NCBI RefSeq assembly: GCF_001194135.2
Contig: NC_068985.1
Coordinates: forward strand, 114,094,805 to 114,142,244
DNA: 47,440 nucleotides
DNA from: Octopus bimaculoides
Taxonomy: Eukaryota
Reading direction: 5' to 3'
This document shows positions 1 to 12,139 of the stretch, piece after piece. The notes under the pieces are model-generated. The model was not told where the DNA came from, made no database searches, and saw only the letters and a list, made by a program, of their open reading frames with translations. A program made the position numbers and the translations under genes. How positions within the stretch are numbered: the first letter of the stretch is position 1; each line of letters begins with the position of its first letter.

Positions 1-692
1 CTTCAATGAGAATATTGACCAAGGTTACCGTGGTCTTTTCCGTGGGCTTTTCCTTCCACGGCTAAACCTAAACTGTCCTCCCCTCTTTTTACACGAGAAC
101 ATTACTGTGTGATACACGATCCCTATTGATCGGCCTTTCCTTTTCTTTTTTTTTCGATCCCTTTGGATCGAACTGCCCCTTTTTCCCTTCCTACGATCCC
201 TTTTGATCGACACCACCAATTTTTTTTTTTTTTTCTTTTCCTTCCTTCCCCCTCCCAAAAAGAAAAGCTCTACATTGTATTTGTCCCATCTTCGTTGAAC
301 CCTGTGTGGCTAATAAAAGAAATGTATCTATCTATCTATCTGACTGTCTGTCTGTCTGTCCACCCATCTGTCTATCCATCTATATATCTATCTTTCTCGC
401 TAACCCATGGCAGCATGAAAAACGTTAAAATTATGAGCATGCACACACATACATACATACATATGCATGTGAGACTGTGCATATTATAATAGTTAAACTG
501 GCCATCCAGGTTTTCTAATATCAAGACCATGTTTAAACACTGCCTTACTTAGGGTATGCACACATACACACGCACACACACACACCACCACCACCACCAC
601 AACCACCACTACTACCACCACCACCACAAAACCAAATCCTAGGACTTTCCACACCAGCACTGAAACATACTCTCTCCCTTTCTCTCTCCATC

Positions 693-728
<36 letters not shown>

Positions 729-2193
729 AGAGCAATTAAAATGGCAGAATCACATGTAGTTCATCTTGTGCCTACTACACCTTCATCACTACCACCACCA
801 TCACAAACACCACCACCACTGCTACCAACATCACCACCACTACCACCAGCTCCTACCTCACCCACTTTCATCGGATTCATTTCCTACTTTTTTTCTTTTT
901 AAGAAAAGATTATCTTTGCTGTCTTTGGCATTTCAGTATGAAGAACTAACTTAATATTGTGTATGGAGTGTGTGTGTGTGTATGTACTTGCATGTATATT
1001 TATTTGATGCATGTATGTAAATGTGAAGGGAATTTATGTTGACTGTGAATGTGTGAGTAATGTGATTAATGTGTGTATGCACGTGAGTGCCCAGTTGCTA
1101 GACAATAAATATTAGCAGTATGTTTGTGAATCTATATAAATGAATATGTATGCATCTGTATATGGACATGTGTGCATGTGTATGAATGTTCATGTGTGTG
1201 AATATGTTTGTGTGAATGTATATATATATATATATATATATATACATACACACACACATGTGCATGTTAGACAGTACATATTAGAAGTGTGAGAGAGTGA
1301 AAGAAAATGTGTGTATGTATGCCTGATCCACTGCAAGTATATATATGTGGATGTATGTATATGTACGGATGAATGTATGTATTTGTGTGTGCACAACAGA
1401 CTATATATATTAGCAGTGTGTCTGCGTGTGTGTGTGTGCATGCACATGTAAATGTATACATGAAATATATATGCATGATCTACATGTAGGAAAAAACATT
1501 TTATTTTATATTTTATTTGTATATATTAGCAGTGTGTGTGGGTGTGTGGAGTGGAGTGGGGTGGAGGGGAATCATTTACCTTTAAAATATATGCATTTTA
1601 AGTATTGAATGAGTAAACGTACAAGTTTTTGAGTATGCACGCATCCATGCATAGAATGCATTATGCACATGTGTATGAGGAGGAGATAAGCAAGGAGGGC
1701 GAAAGGGGTGTGAGGGGGGGGGACACTGAAAATAAAAGGATATACAAGAATAAGGCAGAATGTAAAAAATATTAAAAACTTCACCACCCGGGGTGGATTG
1801 CAGGTGGGGTACAGGTGGGTGGGGATGGGGGAGAAGAAATATATAATAGTGAAATATTACTTAAATGAAACAACCTGACCTTCACTCAAGTGGTTCCTCA
1901 AGTAGTCACTCAAATATAACAGCCACCTCTACAGCGTACCCCACCGCACAAATGTTGATTTGCATAAATGCATCAATAAGCATGTACACAATGTAATGCC
2001 ACAAACAACAACGTCAATATTCCATTTAATATATATATATATATATACACACATACATACATACATACACACACATATATATGTATGTACACTCACACAC
2101 ATACATACATATTTATACATACACATACATATATAGACATACACAGATGTATATACATGCACAAACATGCACATATATATATATACACACACA

Positions 2194-2235
<42 letters not shown>

Positions 2236-2530
2236 TGGATGAGAGAGAGGGGGAAAGAGAGATTTACTTTTGCGAGGAAAAGACTGATAGTGACTTTAAA
2301 GTTTTGCCTTGTTTGCTTTCATTAGGCTGTCTGATGGAGACAAGCAAACTGAAACCTAAAAGTTACTGCGATCGTTTTCCCTATAAGAGTTAATAAATAT
2401 ATATTCTAAGTATTGAGAAATCCTTCAGTTTAATATTTTTATACATAACTAAGCATATTAACATTTACACCCATATATACAGCAAACAAAGCAGAGATAG
2501 AATATTTCCTTTCACTAAATATATATATAT

Positions 2531-2920
2531 AGGAGCAGGAGTGGCAGTGTGGTAAGTAGCTTGCTTACCAACCACATGGTTCCGCGTTCAGTCCCACTGC
2601 GTGGCACCTTGGGCAAGTGTCTTCTACTATAGCCGCGGGCTGACCAAAGCCTTGTGAGTGGATTTGGTCGACGGAAACTGAAAGAAGTCCGTCGTATATA
2701 TGTATATATATATGTATGTGTGTATATGTTGTGTATCTGTGTTTGTCCCCCCAACATCGCTTGACAACCGATGCTGGTGTGTTTAGGTCCCCGTAACTTA
2801 GCGGTTCTGCAAAAAGAGACCGATAGAATAAGTACTAGGCTCGATTTGATTCGACTAAAGGCGGTGCTCCAGCATGGCCACAGTCAAATGACTGAAACGA
2901 GTAAAAGAAAAAGAAAAGAG
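2531..2920 (+). mobile_element. SINE family A, full composite copy (tRNA-like head, CORE-like block, TA/TG microsatellite, 3' module)
   Basis: GCAGGAGTGGCAGTGTGGTAAGTAGCTTGCTTACCAACC...GTTCAGTCCC...CACCTTGGGCAAGTGTCTTCTACTATAGCC, then a simple repeat, then ...CCAGCATGGCCACAGTCAAATGACTGAAAC. More than 10 related copies are present in the window. Confidence 0.85.
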
Positions 2921-3124
2921 AATATATATATGTCATCATTTAATGACTGCTCTCTGTGCATGCCATATGTTGAATGGTCTACAAGAACTGGCAAATCAGA
3001 AGACTAGATCAAACCCTGCTGTCTGTTTTGATATAGTTTCTTTGGCTGCATGCCCTTCTTAACATCAACCACTTTACAGAATATACTGGCACCAGTGGGA
3101 ATGAGATCAATCCTATCAACCTAC

Positions 3125-3290
3125 GTACTTAACTGTTGCTCCAGTTTATCAACCCCGAAAGGAGGGACAGTAAAATCAGCCTCATGAAGAATTTGAACTT
3201 GGAACGTAAAGAGCTGGAAGAAATGCAAGGTGTCATGCATTTTGTGCAACACACAAACAATTCTGTGACCTTGTCAAGCAGATGAATAAA
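3125..3290 (-). mobile_element. SINE family B copy
   Basis: GTACTTAACTG...TTTATCAACCCCGAAAGGA...ATTTGAACTTGGAAC...GCTGGAAGAAAT, the same blocks as the 12727-13620 copies. Confidence 0.7.
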
Positions 3291-4719
3291 TGCCACCAAA
3301 ATATACAAGACTTCTGTAAGGACATCACACTCACCATTAAACAAACACATAAATGGAACAGGAAAACAACCAGCATGCACATACATGCACACACACATGG
3401 CCCTCAACCCTCCTCCACCATCTTACAACCCATGGTAATATCAACTTTGCTCTCTATTTTAACAGAACCTACAGCAATCTTAAAGCTATTTTTTATTTAT
3501 TTTATTTTATTTTACGTCTTCTTCCAACCCTCTTTATATGTATATGTATCTATGCATGTATACATGTGTGTGAAGTGAGAGCACATAATTCAGAGACTCT
3601 ACATGTGCAGAAAAAAAAAAAAACACAAACATGATCAAACATAAAAATGCAAACATACGGATATGCACATGCATACTACATATACAAAAAGGCCTCAATT
3701 GAAAGGCAAGGAAGAAACTTTTCAGAGGGCAGATACCGACAAAGAATTTCAATGTGTGTACACAAATTCATACAAACACATACACACATAGAGAGGACAA
3801 ATTGCAAAAATAACAAAAAAAGATAAAAACCACCATTATTGTTAGTGGCAATGTATCTTTTGTTATTAAATGCAAGTCTTACAAATACTATATCAACCCA
3901 TGTCTATAACAGAAGCCTTGTCTCACCTTGTCCTCTACAACCATTCCTATTTCTCTCTCTCTCGCTCTTTTTCTTGCAATACCATGCTCCCAATCTTTCT
4001 CTTCTTCTCCTACATCATGCTGCTCATCTCTTATCTCTCTCTCTCTTTCTCTCTATCTATCTCTATCCATCTCCCACACCAGTAGTGCGTGCGTTTGTAT
4101 ACATAATAGGATTGCCTGAAAGCAGTTACAGCGGCAGTAACAAAAACAACAACAACAAGAACGCAAGAGGAAAATGTCAAACAATGTCCACAAGCAAGAG
4201 GAGAAACTTCATATATAAGACATGACACCCGAGCTGCCTATTAAACTATACACAACAGGTCCATTTAGCTGGAATCTTTATAGTAAACACACGGCTCTAA
4301 AAACACAGAAGCTCGGCTAAACTATTCTCATTTATAACTATTATTAATATTAGTGTCTTGTCTTTCAGATTATATGAGTCGATATGGCTTTATGTTTGAA
4401 TATGTGTGTGTGTGTGCATTTGTGTTCTTTTCCACGCAGAGTTGTTACAATCAATCTCAGAGACAGTGGCTATGTTTCCTACAGCATACAGCTATGTAGT
4501 TTATGAGTGATTTCTTTTTCTACATATATATGTTTATATAAACTCAAGCATACACATGCACACACACACCTTGTGGAAGTGTTTTCTGCAATAGATTCAG
4601 GCCAAGCAAATCCTTGTGAGTGGATTTAGAAGAAAGAAATAGAAAAAGCCCATAATGTGTATATATATTATCATTTAATGTCTGTTCTCCATGCAGATGT
4701 GGGTTATGTATGCATGCGT

Positions 4720-4765
<46 letters not shown>

Positions 4766-5287
4766 ATCCTTGTCTCAACACTGCAACATCTGTAGCTGTA
4801 AACAAGCACCACCATCTTACATGTGNNNNNNNNNNNNNNNNNNNNNNNNNNNNNNNNNNNNNNNNNNNNNNNNNNNNNNNNNNNNNNNNNNNNNNNNNNN
4901 NNNNNNNNNNNNNNNNNNNNNNNNNNNNNNNNNNNNNNNNNNNNNNNNNNNNNNNNNNNNNNNNNNNNNNNNNNNNNNNNNNNNNNNNNNNNNNNNNNNN
5001 NNNNNNNNNNNNNNNNNNNNNNNNNNNNNNNNNNNNNNNNNNNNNNNNNNNNNNNNNNNNNNNNNNNNNNNNNNNNNNNNNNNNNNNNNNNNNNNNNNNN
5101 NNNNNNNNNNNNNNNNNNNNNNNNNNNNNNNNNNNNNNNNNNNNNNNNNNNNNNNNNNNNNNNNNNNNNNNNNNNNNNNNNNNNNNNNNNNNNNNNNNNN
5201 NNNNNNNNNNNNNNNNNNNNNNNNNNNNNNNNNNNNNNNNNNNNNNNNNNNNNNNNNNNNNNNNNNNNNNNNNNNNNNTATATGTAC

Positions 5288-6173
5288 AATAATAATAAGG
5301 CAGAATGCTAAACTGGAAGCATATTTTAATAAAGATTTCTCTAACCGGCTTTCATTGCGAAGCAAATTTTCAAGAAGGAGAATGAAAATGTTTTTTACAA
5401 AGAAGTACAAAATGAAGAAAATAATATATAAAAAAATAACTATACCAATACATTATATTGTCTTTGAGCTTTTGAAGTCCAATGGTAGTTCATGCATATA
5501 ATGGTTGGAAAAAATAAGGATGCATGGGAATTGAGAGTTGTGTTAGGTTTAAAAAGGGGTTAAAAGTTTGTGTTAAGCAGGAAGTGTGGTGTCAAAACAG
5601 GAAGTGTGTGTAAGGGGAGACATGTTTTTAGTTGGAGTTATGAACTCTTTTTTTCAACAGGAGATTCTGAATCTCCACATAAGAAAGAATCAAGGAGAAT
5701 CTCTTCATAGAGAAATTCCAACCATTTCTTAACACACACACCCCTCACTGACCTTATTTCTCTAGGAACAGACATACACTTCCTGTTGAAAAAAAGAGTT
5801 CATAACTCCAACTAAAAACATTTGTCTCCCCTTACACACACTTCCTGTTTTGAGACCACACTTCCTGCTTAACACAAACTTTTAACCCTTTTTTAAACCT
5901 AACACAACTCTCAATTCTCATGCATCCTTATTTTTCCAACCATTATATACATGAATTACCATTGAACTTCAAAAGCTCAAAGACAATATAATGTATTGGT
6001 ATATTTATTTTTTTATATATTTTTTTTATATATTATTTTCTTCATTTTGTACTTCTTTGTAAAAAAACATTTTCATTCTCCCTCTTCTTGAAAATTTGCT
6101 TCGCAATGAAAGCCGGTTAGAGAAATCTTTATTAAAATATGCTTCCAGTTTAGCATTCAGCCTTATTATTATT
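5288..6173. mobile_element. Foldback-type element with ~375-393-bp inverted arms and a 118-bp spacer
   Basis: 5288-5662 is the reverse complement of 5781-6173, with roughly 8 substitutions and 3 small indels by eye. Both arms lie on one gap-free contig. No TSD is visible, and the left flank is only 9 bp from a gap. Confidence 0.75.
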
Positions 6174-6250
6174 TTTCATTTTCCTATTATTTCTCCACGT
6201 GCGGTTAACACAACCCCACTATTTACTGAGTTATATATGTACATATATGC

Positions 6251-6459
6251 TTTTACATGTTTCAGTCATTTGACTGTGGCCATGCTGGAGCACCATCTTT
6301 AGTCGAAGAAATTGACCCCAGGACTTATTCCATGTAAGCGAAGTACTTATTCTATCAGTCTCTTTTTGCTGAACTGCTAAGTTTCAAAGACATAAACACA
6401 CCAACATCAGTTGTCAAGCGATGGTGGGGGGACAAACAGACAAAGACCCATACATATAA

Positions 6460-6496
<37 letters not shown>

Positions 6497-6656
6497 AGGC
6501 TTCTTTCAGTTTCCATCTACCACATCCACTTACAAAGCTTTGGTTGGCCCGAGGCTACAGTAGAAGACACTTGCCCAAAGTGCCACACAGTGGGACTGAA
6601 CCTGGAACCATGTGGTTAGGAAGCAAGCTTCTTATCACACAGCCACACCTGCACCT
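6251..6656 (-). mobile_element. SINE family A, full composite copy
   Basis: Reverse complement of the 2531-2920 architecture with an internal (TA)n. Confidence 0.85.
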
Positions 6657-6674
6657 ATTCCTATATAAAACATC

Positions 6675-6880
6675 ATCATTATTTCACGTTTTTGCTGGCA
6701 TGGGTTGGACAATTTGATAGGTGCTGGTAAGTCAGAAGACTGCACCAAACTCTGTCTGGTTTGGTATTGTTTTTTTTTTTTTACAGCTGGGTATTCCTCC
6801 TAATGCCAACCACTTTGCAGAGTGATCTGGGGGCTTTTTATGTGGCACCAACAGCAGTGAGGTCACCAAATAATTTACAT
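6675..6880 (-). mobile_element. RTE-like 3' tail element
   Basis: CATCATCATT...GCTGGCATGGGTTGGAC...CCTAATGCCAACCAC; reverse complement of the 21012-21208 LINE tail blocks. Confidence 0.7.
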
Positions 6881-7048
6881 GACAAGACCCCCACCCCTGG
6901 CTACCTCAATTGAAGGGAGTAGTGGTATTAAGGAAGGTAGCCTTGTGCTAGATGAGAGGGTTAGAGTATGAATACAGTGACAGAAATAGGCATCTTGCAG
7001 AAAAGGAAATACATGACTACCTCAGTAGGAGAGAGAGAGGGGGGGATT

Positions 7049-7084
<36 letters not shown>

Positions 7085-7313
7085 TACACAAATGTATGTT
7101 TACTAAATTTATTATAATAAAGTGTTTTTTTTTGTTTTTTTTTTTGCCAAAGTTAAATTAACCTATTTGCATACATATTTTAATGGCGTTGCTTAGTGTT
7201 TCATTGATGTTTATGTTGCCACGGTAATATGAGCAGCTTGTGGAACAAGTGATGCTTAAGACATTTCTTTTATAGTGCCTTTCCACCAACTGAGTTAACA
7301 GGGTTCCTCTTAA

Positions 7314-7532
7314 CCCTTTAGTAACCAACTTGAAACTGCTCCTAGTTCTATGATACAAATTCTATGCTTTAAAGAGATTTACATTAAAACCATCCACCAA
7401 AATTCTTACAGTCATTTATATTCCAAGCACCAGTCAAATAATGATAATTTTATTTTACCAAATTCTTCATTATTTTCAGCATATATTAAAACAGAGGCAG
7501 TATATTTCAACTGAAATAGGGTAATAAAAGGG
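7314..7532. mobile_element. piggyBac-like MITE, same family as 44021-44241, older and in opposite orientation
   Basis: TTAA|CCCTTTAGTAACC...GGTAATAAAAGGG|TTCA. The interior (TTAAAA..TCCACCAAA...TTTAT.TTCC...TTATTTTAC.AAATTCTT..TTAT) aligns to the reverse complement of 44021-44241. Confidence 0.75.
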
Positions 7533-8242
7533 TTCAATAAGGCTGCATAATGCCAGGCAGTGGAGCAGATGTTTTCTACCATAGTTTCAGACTGACCAAC
7601 CTCCTTGTCAATGGAATTGGTAGATGGAAACTACAGGAAGCCTTTCATATATATATATATATANNNNNNNNNNNNNNNNNNNNNNNNNNNNNNNNNNNNN
7701 NNNNNNNNNNNNNNNNNNNNNNNNNNNNNNNNNNNNNNNNNNNNNNNNNNNNNNNNNNNNNNNNNNNNNNNNNNNNNNNNNNNNNNNNNNNNNNNNNNNN
7801 NNNNNNNNNNNNNNNNNNNNNNNNNNNNNNNNNNNNNNNNNNNNNNNNNNNNNNNNNNNNNNNNNNNNNNNNNNNNNNNNNNNNNNNNNNNNNNNNNNNN
7901 NNNNNNNNNNNNNNNNNNNNNNNNNNNNNNNNNNNNNNNNNNNNNNNNNNNNNNNNNNNNNNNNNNNNNNNNNNNNNNNNNNNNNNNNNNNNNNNNNNNN
8001 NNNNNNNNNNNNNNNNNNNNNNNNNNNNNNNNNNNNNNNNNNNNNNNNNNNNNNNNNNNNNNNNNNNNNNNNNNNNNNNNNNNNNNNNNNNNNNNNNNNN
8101 NNNNNNNNNNNNNNNNNNNNNNNNNNNNNNNNNNNNNNNNNNNNNNNNNNNNNNNNNNNNNNNNNNNNNNNNNNNNNNNNNNNNNNNNNNNNNNNNNNNN
8201 NNNNNNNNNNNNNNNNNNNNNNNNNNNNNNNNNNNNNNTGTG

Positions 8243-8566
8243 TGTGTGTAATTATTATATATATACATATCTTTTACTTGTTTGTAGTCATTGAACTGTG
8301 CCCATGCTGGGGCACCACCTTGAAAGGTGCACAAATGATTTGTTTCTAGTGATCAAATGTTCATACCACACATGAGCTCACTCTCTCCATCAAATTGACA
8401 TTTACTGAACAGGTGCACAGTGTACCTGTTCAGGTGTCAAAGTGATTGCCGAGCAATGTGAGAGGAAGTGTTTTGCTCAAGAATGTAACACACCACCTGG
8501 TCTAAGATTTGAAATCATGAGCTAGTGATCATGAGTACAACACCCTAGCCACTAAGCCATATGCCC

Positions 8567-8570
<4 letters not shown>
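8243..8570 (-). mobile_element. SINE family D (different tRNA-like head, 3' tail shared with family A)
   Basis: Minus strand GGCATATGGCTTAGTGGCTAGGGTGTTG...TTTCAAATCTTAGACCAGG...CCAGCATGGGCACAGTTCAATGACTACAAAC. Confidence 0.7.
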
Positions 8571-8601
<31 letters not shown>

Positions 8602-9762
8602 NNNNNNNNNNNNNNNNNNNNNNNNNNNNNNNNNNNNNNNNNNNNNNNNNNNNNNNNNNNNNNNNNNNNNNNNNNNNNNNNNNNNNNNNNNNNNNNNNNN
8701 NNNNNNNNNNNNNNNNNNNNNNNNNNNNNNNNNNNNNNNNNNNNNNNNNNNNNNNNNNNNNNNNNNNNNNNNNNNNNNNNNNNNNNNNNNNNNNNNNNNN
8801 NNNNNNNNNNNNNNNGCTCGGCAATCACTTCGACACCTGAACAGGTACACTGTGCACCTGTTCAGTCAATGTCAATTTGATGGAGAGAGTGAGCTCATGT
8901 GTGGTATGAACATTTGATCACTAGAAACAAATCATTTGTGCACCTTTCAAGGTGGTGCCCCAGCATGGGCACAGTTCAATGACTACAAACAAGTAAAAGA
9001 TATGTATATATATAATAATTACACACACACACATCCACCCCTAGGGGTCAGCCACATTTAAGTGGCAATATACTTCACTTTATCGTGCAGTTACTGTTAA
9101 TACCTCATTTAGAGAATTATATATATATATATATATAATGTTTTATGTGTTGTGTATAGATGTAAATTTGAGATAGTGGACACACGTATTTTCTGCAGAG
9201 ATGTATGTACATGCACATTCGTATAGATGTGTTTGCATGCATCAGTGTGTGTGTGGATGTGTGGATGTGTGAGTGAGCAAGTGAGAGAGAAAACATTTAG
9301 CATCATCAGGAAAAGGTCAGAATTCGAAGTTGATGAGGTAAAATGGAAGGTGAAGGGAGTAAGAAAATGAGGAGAGGTGAAAGGTGAAGAGCTTGCATTT
9401 ATTTAGGTTAAGTAGAAACACACACACACACACACACACACGCATGTGAGAGTGCACAACAGTTGTGAATATTACCATGGTAACAAAACATATAGCAGCA
9501 GCAGCAGCACCACCACCACCACCACCACTAAAATCTGCATTCATGAGAGTTGGGGATTAGATGTTCTTACAGAAGAGAACTTGGAGTGGTGTATGAATTT
9601 CGTTAATTGCCTCTAACTACAGCAAGAACATTCAAGGGTGGGTGGACATTTAAAAGAACATTTGGGAGTAGGCAACTGTATAAATGAACTGTCTAAGGTG
9701 GGTGGCTGTTTAATCCTTTTGTTACCATATTTTGACTTGAAATACATTCCTTTTGCTCCAGT

Positions 9763-9960
9763 CATCATCATCATCATCATCATCATCGTTTAACATCTGC
9801 TTTCCATGCTGGCATGGGTTGGATGGTTTGACAGGAGCTGGCCAGGCAGAAGACTGCACCAGACATCTGTGTCTGTTTTAGCATGTTTTTTTTTATGGCT
9901 GGAAGTCCCTTCGTAACACCAACTGCCCAGCAGAGTGGACTGAATGTTTTAATCAATAGT
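9763..9960 (-). mobile_element. RTE-like 3' tail element
   Basis: (CAT)n CGTTTAACATCTGCTTTCCATGCTGGCATGGGTTGGATGG. Confidence 0.8.
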
Positions 9961-9980
9961 ATGAAAATAGTATGCCTTGT

Positions 9981-10140
9981 ATAGGGTGTGACTGTGTGGT
10001 TAAGAAGCTTACTTCTTAATCATGGGGTCCCAGGTTCAATCCCATTGTGTAGCACCTTGGGCAAGTGCCTTTTACTGTAGCCTGGGGCTGAAAAGGGTCT
10101 TGTGACGGGATTTGGTAGACAGAATCTGAAAGAAACCTGT
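9981..10140 (+). mobile_element. SINE family A head, diverged
   Basis: TGTGTGGTTAAGAAGCTTACTT...GGTTCAATCCC...CACCTTGGGCAAGTGCC...GGATTTGGTAGACAGAATCTGAAAGAA. Confidence 0.8.
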
Positions 10141-10160
10141 TGTGTATGTGTGTATATATC

Positions 10161-10543
10161 TCTTATTTGTTTCAGTCATTAGGGTGCAGCCCATGCTGGG
10201 GCACTACCTTGAAGAGGTTCTAGTTGAATGAATTGACCATAGTATGTATCTTTTTTTTGTCTTTTTTTTTTAAGCCTGGTACTTACTGCATCACTCTCTT
10301 GCTGAACTGCTAAGTAACTAGGACACAAAAACAAAACAATACTGGTTATCAAGGGGTAGTGGGACACACACACACACACACAGATATGATGGGCTTCTTT
10401 CAGTATCCGTCTGCCAAACTCACTTACAAGGCTTTGATCAGCCTTAGGCTATAATTGAAAATACTTTCCGAAGATGCCATGGAGTAGGACTGAATCTGGA
10501 AACATGGTTGGGAAGCAAACTTCTTACCACACAGCCATGCCAG
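10161..10543 (-). mobile_element. SINE family A, composite copy, diverged
   Basis: 3' module (TTTCAGTCATT...CCATGCTGG), (CA)n and head in reverse orientation, tail-to-tail with the 9981 copy. Confidence 0.8.
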
Positions 10544-12075
10544 TGTGCACACAGGCATATATATATATATATTGTTGATGTCATAAGAGTTTATAAGCAT
10601 TTCATAGAACACGAAACAACACCTTTTGGAACGGAATTTTGGAAAATTCAACTTGTGAATCAGAAAATATATGGAATATGAAATTTTAATGGAAGGTTTT
10701 ATTAATTTAGGTAACTTTAAAACATGGAATTTTTATCCTAATATACCAGGGGCAGTCTTGGAAGTTGGTAGGAAAAAGAGTTAAAAGAACATAAGGGGGT
10801 GGGGCTGTCTTAAAAGAACATTCTAGGGTAGATGTTTTAAAAAAATGGATAGTTTATTTGTTTACTTGGATACAAAACAAAATATAGCAAGTGAGAATAT
10901 CTACATACTAAACACGTGTAGGTGTATTTACAGACACAGCCCTCCACATGCCAGAGTGTGTGTGTGTGTGTATGTGCGTGTGTGTATGTCTGTCTGTCTT
11001 TTAATGCATTCATGCACACATTACACACTCAAACAGGATAGGCCAGAGGTAAGCACAGTACAGTTACGATGTACTATTAATGGTAAGATGTACTCTTAAA
11101 TAAAAGAGTCAGCCTTGAGTGAGAAAAAGGAATGAGTGATGAAAATATTGGCAATGGATTGGTGTTGAAACTGTGTTTAGATTCCTGTTCAAGAACAGCG
11201 CTAAGAATCACAACAATGTCACAAAAATACACCAGAGAAAAAAAAAAAAAAAAAAAANNNNNNNNNNNNNNNNNNNNNNNNNNNNNNNNNNNNNNNNNNN
11301 NNNNNNNNNNNNNNNNNNNNNNNNNNNNNNNNNNNNNNNNNNNNNNNNNNNNNNNNNNNNNNNNNNNNNNNNNNNNNNNNNNNNNNNNNNNNNNNNNNNN
11401 NNNNNNNNNNNNNNNNNNNNNNNNNNNNNNNNNNNNNNNNNNNNNNNNNNNNNNNNNNNNNNNNNNNNNNNNNNNNNNNNNNNNNNNNNNNNNNNNNNNN
11501 NNNNNNNNNNNNNNNNNNNNNNNNNNNNNNNNNNNNNNNNNNNNNNNNNNNNNNNNNNNNNNNNNNNNNNNNNNNNNNNNNNNNNNNNNNNNNNNNNNNN
11601 NNNNNNNNNNNNNNNNNNNNNNNNNNNNNNNNNNNNNNNNNNNNNNNNNNNNNNNNNNNNNNNNNNNNNNNNNNNNNNNNNNNNNNNNNNNNNNNNNNNN
11701 NNNNNNNNNNNNNNNNNNNNNNNNNNNNNNNNNNNNNNNNNNNNNNNNNNNNNNNNNNNNNNNNNNNNNNNNNNNNNNNNNNNNNNNNNNNNNNNNNNNN
11801 NNNNNNNNNNNNNNNNNNNNNNNNNNNNNNNNNNNNNNNNNNNNNNNNNNNNNNNNNNNNNNNNNNNNNNNNNNNNNNNNNNNNNNNNNNNNNNNNNNNN
11901 NNNNNNNNNNNNNNNNNNNNNNNNNNNNNNNNNNNNNNNNNNNNNNNNNNNNNNNNNNNNNNNNNNNNNNNNNNNNNNNNNNNNNNNNNNNNNNNNNNNN
12001 NNNNNNNNNNNNNNNNNNNNNNNNNNNNNNNNNNNNNNNNNNNNNNNNNNNNNNNNNNNNNNNNNNNNNNNNNNN

Positions 12076-12132
<57 letters not shown>

Positions 12133-12139
12133 AAACTAC

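Noticed and set aside
7158-7358. 66-aa minus-strand ORF as a candidate exon
   Set aside because: No consensus donor, no plexin PSI pattern, and it overlaps a MITE end.
8239-9032. ~216-bp near-identical inverted duplication (8239-8454 versus 8816-9032)
   Set aside because: Most likely an assembly artefact. The 363-bp contig 8239-8601 lies between two gaps; flipped, it overlaps the exact start of the next contig with only two differences (allele-like). Long reads would settle it.
11037-11048. Possible 12-nt plus-strand microexon CAG|GATAGGCCAGAG|GTAAGC
   Set aside because: No polypyrimidine tract, antisense to the only supported gene, and no other plus-strand exons identified.
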